Part shown: one piece after another, positions 8,539-12,253 of the stretch
How positions within the stretch are numbered: the first letter of the stretch is position 1
Layout: the number at the start of each line of letters is the position of its first letter
From: Amoeboradix gromovi X-113
Taxonomy: Eukaryota > Fungi > Sanchytriomycota
DNA length: 12,253 nt
NCBI GenBank assembly: GCA_018985225.1
Contig: JADGIF010000265.1
Coordinates: 1 to 12,253, forward strand
Direction: 5' to 3'
Made by a program: the position numbers and the translations under genes
The notes under the pieces: generated by a model
What the model was told of the DNA's origin: nothing
The model's database searches: none
What the model saw: the letters and a program-made list of their open reading frames with translations, nothing else

Positions 8539-8588
8539 AAGAGATCATCGATTACAATGAGCAATCCAATTGATATCGATGATCTCTT
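8539..8588. repeat. Perfect 14-bp inverted repeat with a 22-nt spacer
   Basis: AAGAGATCATCGAT (8539-8552) and ATCGATGATCTCTT (8575-8588). Confidence 0.85.
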
Positions 8589-8973
8589 TCTTAATGGTTG
8601 AAGTTGAAATCAGTAGAAGAGCAAAAACAAATACTTGAAGTATATCTACTTATATTCAGCCCTGCATAAGGTAGTTGAAGCCTGAGCAGCTAATGTAATA
8701 GAGAGATTGGCTTTTTCACTAGTATTAACGAGTATTTATGGCGACGCCAATAATCCAACTAAACATAACAACTAAGAAATTTAGTTGCGGCAAGTTATAG
8801 TCTTAATGCCAAAAAGCGGTTCTAAAGTAGCAATTTCCAAAATCCGCCAATTATGTGCATTTATTGAAAAGCATTGAAAAAGTGATGGGTCTGCATCTGC
8901 TAACAGGTTTTAAGTCTTATAAAACTCTTAATCGTACTATAAATATTAGGGAAATTTAATTTATTCCAAACTG

Positions 8974-9873
8974 TCACCTTTGGTTAATATAATTTTCAAT
9001 CGTGGCTGTATCAATGCCTTTTAACTCAGGGAAGATATCTTGGAATAAGGGTACTAAAGCTTGTAGATCCGCAATATTTATGTCTCCATCAGGATAGTAT
9101 TCGTCAATAAGTGATTGCAGGCCGCTCAAATCGATTGTACCTGCTGAGGATGAAGAAGAAGAGCTTGAAGAGTCATCTTTCTTTTTATAAGCTTGAACTG
9201 GGGGCCTGGATGGTGCAGAAGGTGTATTTTGTGGTGTTTGTGGTGGTTGAGCTTGCGGGTGAGCCTCTGGGGTTTTCAAATTTTCTTTCGGGGTAGTGTA
9301 AACTGTTGAAGATTGCTTATCAAAAACATCAATATTAAGCACATTTTTCCCTTCGACAATATCACAGTCCACATCTGTGGGAAGATGTGAATATGCAGGG
9401 AGAGATAAAATATTACCAACTGGGGAATAGTGGCAATATATCACTCCATTTTCAATAGTTTGAACGCATGACATTTTCTGCGTTGTTTTCCATACTACCT
9501 GGGTATAATGTCCGTCGTCATGGTGGAAAGAATAGGACTTTAAGTAGCTGGAGAGTCTCTGATTCGCACACTTTTCTTGAATGAACATGACAGCAGCGCC
9601 GGGCCCGTCTCCTCCACTAGCCAAATTCTCTCCGACATTTGTGAGATGCTCATATTCCTTACATATGCCATGATCCATAGTTGTTGGTTTCCATTCACTC
9701 AAACATTTGATTGCAGCAACTTCCATATCGGTGCTCCAAATTAAAGGTGGACTACCAACTTGGGCTCTGGCGATATTGTGGTAGTCTAAAAGCTTCTTTT
9801 TATCATCTGTTGAGATTTGGTTTAAGTTCGTACTGTATTCCGCATATACAAGTATAGAGATTGCGAAAATCAT
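8974..9873 (-). CDS. Secreted CAP/SCP (PR-1/Pry-like) protein with a Pro/Ser-rich linker and acidic C-terminal tail
   Basis: Signal-like MIFAISILVYA, then YHNIARAQVG..PLIWS, VGENLA, GHYTQVVWK (CAP1) and YCHYSPVGN (CAP2). TATAAAA lies on the minus strand at 9901-9907. Confidence 0.92.
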   Translation of the reverse strand: MIFAISILVYAEYSTNLNQISTDDKKKLLDYHNIARAQVGSPPLIWSTDMEVAAIKCLSEWKPTTMDHGICKEYEHLTNVGENLASGGDGPGAAVMFIQEKCANQRLSSYLKSYSFHHDDGHYTQVVWKTTQKMSCVQTIENGVIYCHYSPVGNILSLPAYSHLPTDVDCDIVEGKNVLNIDVFDKQSSTVYTTPKENLKTPEAHPQAQPPQTPQNTPSAPSRPPVQAYKKKDDSSSSSSSSSAGTIDLSGLQSLIDEYYPDGDINIADLQALVPLFQDIFPELKGIDTATIENYINQR

Positions 9874-10274
9874 AAGTGAACTTAAAAAGCAGCAATTGAT
9901 TTTTATAAATTAGGCAAGGGCCCGTAGATTGCCGAAGGTCCTTGCAGCCAGTAGTAATGCTATGATAAATTACCATGAAATCCTAATATAACCTCAGCCT
10001 TTTCTGCGAATCAAAATAGGTGACATATTTGTAGCCGTGATTGTGAAATTATTATAGTTAAGATCTTGAGAATATAGCCCTACTATGAGCAAGAGGCACT
10101 CCTTGAGGATATTTTATAAAGTTGATTAAAAGCCGTTTATGTGCAAGGTTATTTAAGCATGCTTAGATACAAAGTTAGCAAAGATCCTGAATGAGCCGCT
10201 GTTATGAAAGTCTCAGATTATACTCCACTTATAGCTGGCCCATATACTAGTCTGTCCAAATATATGGAACTGAC

Positions 10275-10982
10275 ATGGGGAAACAAAGTAAAGATAAGCG
10301 CGACATTTATTATCGTCTCGCAAAAGAAGAGGGATACAGAGCGAGATCAGCGTATAAATTGTTACAGCTAGATGAAAAGTTCAATTTTTTATCTGATTCT
10401 AAATCTGCGATTGACTTGTGTGGCGCACCGGGCAGTTGGTCCCAAGTGCTGTCTAAAAGATTACCTCGAGGATCAAAAATACTAACTGTTGATCTTCAAA
10501 CCATGGCACCTATCAAAGATGTTGTGCTCTTAAAGGGTGATATAACACACCCAACTACTTTGGCACGCATAAAGGACCATTTTGAATCTCAGCAAGTAGA
10601 TTTAATCGTATGTGATGGTGCACCAGATGTTACTGGGTTGCATGACCTCGATGAGTATATTCAATCTCAACTGATTTTATCTGCTGTGCAACTAGTGGTT
10701 GAACTCTTGCAGCCTGATGGAACTTTTGTTGCTAAGATATTTAGAGGCAGAGACATCAGTCTTCTTTATAGCCAGCTGGAATGCATATTTGAAGAAATTA
10801 ATGTTGCCAAACCACAATCATCCCGCCAGTCAAGCTTGGAAGCGTTTATAGTCTGTCGGAAATGCAAGTCACGAGAAATAACCCCATTTGTATTTTGCGG
10901 CGATCTTACGGGTTTAGACAGTGACAGAACCTATCCTCCACCCATAATCAGTTTAGATCCAATTCAACCTCCACTAAAATAA
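10275..10982 (+). CDS. TRM7: tRNA (cytidine32/guanosine34-2'-O)-methyltransferase, FtsJ family
   Basis: [30 protein letters not shown]-terminus, SAM motif [29 protein letters not shown], intact K28-D114-K154-E189 tetrad, and CGDL...DSDRTY. Confidence 0.95.
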   Translation: MGKQSKDKRDIYYRLAKEEGYRARSAYKLLQLDEKFNFLSDSKSAIDLCGAPGSWSQVLSKRLPRGSKILTVDLQTMAPIKDVVLLKGDITHPTTLARIKDHFESQQVDLIVCDGAPDVTGLHDLDEYIQSQLILSAVQLVVELLQPDGTFVAKIFRGRDISLLYSQLECIFEEINVAKPQSSRQSSLEAFIVCRKCKSREITPFVFCGDLTGLDSDRTYPPPIISLDPIQPPLK

Positions 10983-11104
10983 ATTTTGATTGAATAAATG
11001 CCTGTCAGATCCACTTAATCTACTTTTACTTCTGCCGGCTTAAGAACCGAACCTCAAAACCTAATTTAGGCAACTTAGCTTGAAACATAATAAAATTCCA
11101 TAAT

Positions 11105-11827
11105 ATGGAATTTTATATCAAACCAAAAACTTCTAAATTCACCATTTGCATAGAAACTGATTATGAATGCACTATATCATTCAAAAAATACAGCAGAACT
11201 GGGAGAAGATTTCTAGTTAGACTTGAGCTAAATAAATTTGAAGTGGAATGGTTTGATGACCAAAACATTTTTACTCTAGATGAACCGGGCACATTTTTAA
11301 TTACTCCCACAGACATAAGAAGGAAATCCTTGCTCAACAAATCAACCAAAGATGAGAAACTGTGTCTGAAATGGTCATATATGCGAGACTACCTAGAAAA
11401 ATTGCAATACTTTCCAAGTGAGTGTATCATTCCATATGGATGTATTGATGTTTACTACTACTATAGGTTGGCACTAAAAGATAGTTTATCAGTTCATCCG
11501 AATGTAGACAGATTCCAACCCACACCCTTGGCTCAAGTTGATAAACTGATATTCACCGCCGAATTTGTAGAATTATGGGATGCTGCCAAAAGAATGATTG
11601 CATCCAAAGATAGGAAGTCAAATGCAAAAATGATCGCAGAATTTGTTGGCCTGATTGCCAAGGTTTATCCCATTTTGTATGCTATTCCGTTGAAGGAAGG
11701 CTTATCGGTAAGCGAGAGATTGGCCGCAAATGGTACAAAGTTTGCTTATTGCAGTCGAGACTTATGCTATGGGTTCAAGCCATTCCACACGGATGAATTG
11801 GATCTGAATAAAAATAATTTGCCATAA
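11105..11827 (+). CDS. Hypothetical protein, 240 aa
   Basis: Uninterrupted 723-nt ATG-to-TAA frame in AT-rich DNA with protein-like composition. No family recognised. Confidence 0.7.
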   Translation: MEFYIKPKTSKFTICIETDYECTISFKKYSRTGRRFLVRLELNKFEVEWFDDQNIFTLDEPGTFLITPTDIRRKSLLNKSTKDEKLCLKWSYMRDYLEKLQYFPSECIIPYGCIDVYYYYRLALKDSLSVHPNVDRFQPTPLAQVDKLIFTAEFVELWDAAKRMIASKDRKSNAKMIAEFVGLIAKVYPILYAIPLKEGLSVSERLAANGTKFAYCSRDLCYGFKPFHTDELDLNKNNLP

Positions 11828-11859
11828 TTATTCATTGATGCCAATGGAGCACAGCTATT

Positions 11860-12107
11860 TGTTTTCATTGAGTAAACCATTAATCGAGATTATATGAGCT
11901 GTATAGCTCCAACACTCTCGCTCTATACCTTTCAAACCGTAAGAAGCGACATAATACAATGAAGCATTTACCTGCCAATGTGTACAAAGCTGGTAGTATA
12001 AAGAAAGCAAATTAGAGTCATGCACAAACTGCCATTCTGAGGTAGATAGTGACAATTCGGCACCGCCAAACTTGTAATTACATGTATCGTTGTTCAATCC
12101 CACCTCA
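11860..12107 (+). pseudogene. TnpB/Fanzor-like remnant 4 (C-terminal part, internally deleted)
   Basis: NEAFT (11958-11972), CTK/GSIKKAN/LES, CTNCHSEVDSDNSAPPNL* (12021-12077), YMYRCSIPPQ. 12077-12107 matches the minus strand of remnant 3 at 25/31 nt. Upstream NTLALYLS may correspond to the RuvC-II strand. Confidence 0.78.
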
Positions 12108-12252
12108 AATAGCAGCTCGATTGTTTTCTTGAATATATCATTTATCGCGAATTTGTATGCATTTTTGTATCATTTGAAGACTTTTCCAGATTTTTCTAAT
12201 ACCTTAAACACTCGATATTCTTCCTTTTCGCAAATGGTAAATCAATTCTAAA
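12107..12252 (-). repeat. Partner of the 7202-7347 repeat; runs to the window edge
   Basis: 140/146 identity in inverted orientation. It begins immediately after the SIPP motif of remnant 4. Confidence 0.95.
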
Positions 12253-12253
12253 T

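Noticed and set aside
8937-8977. Possible 41-nt intron extending the CAP C-terminus
   Set aside because: GT...CTAAT...AG is present, but it adds only about 12 unremarkable residues and there is no homology support.
9914-9945. 9-bp hairpin as an RNA gene; LAART on the minus strand as RuvC-III
   Set aside because: No snoRNA/tRNA boxes recognised, and no DRD or cysteine motif precedes LAART.
11855-12103. 82-aa minus-strand ORF as a gene
   Set aside because: GTG start, and it is the antisense shadow of Fanzor-like remnant 4 on the plus strand.
1-12253. CRISPR array, tRNA/rRNA, or intact transposase
   Set aside because: No regularly spaced repeats, cloverleaf or rRNA-like sequence, or DDE/Y1/serine recombinase ORF was seen.

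Overview
AT-rich, gene-dense eukaryotic DNA with very short GT-AG introns (20 and 28 nt). The gene content looks fungal or opisthokont-like; this is an inference. Intact genes: a small secreted-type protein (350-797), a HAD/FCP1-like phosphatase with a probable signal peptide, a PMC1-type Ca2+ P-type ATPase, a CRAL-TRIO/Sec14 protein, a CAP/PR-1 protein, the tRNA 2'-O-methyltransferase TRM7, and one 240-aa orphan. The main signal is in the intergenic DNA. Read by hand across stops and frameshifts, four spacers (about 113-163 +, 2070-3043 +, 6855-7510 -, 11860-12107 +) hold mutually alignable, decayed copies of one TnpB/Fanzor-type RNA-guided nuclease family. The reconstructed consensus is NEAFT..CTxCG.LKKANLE...CTNCHWEADRDHMAARNIY.KYM..YSIPP. 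Two weaker fragments lie at 3068-3175 and about 10020-10232. In two copies the conserved 3' motif is followed by positionally conserved hairpins with different sequences, a candidate omegaRNA scaffold. All alignments were made by eye; no database searches were run.
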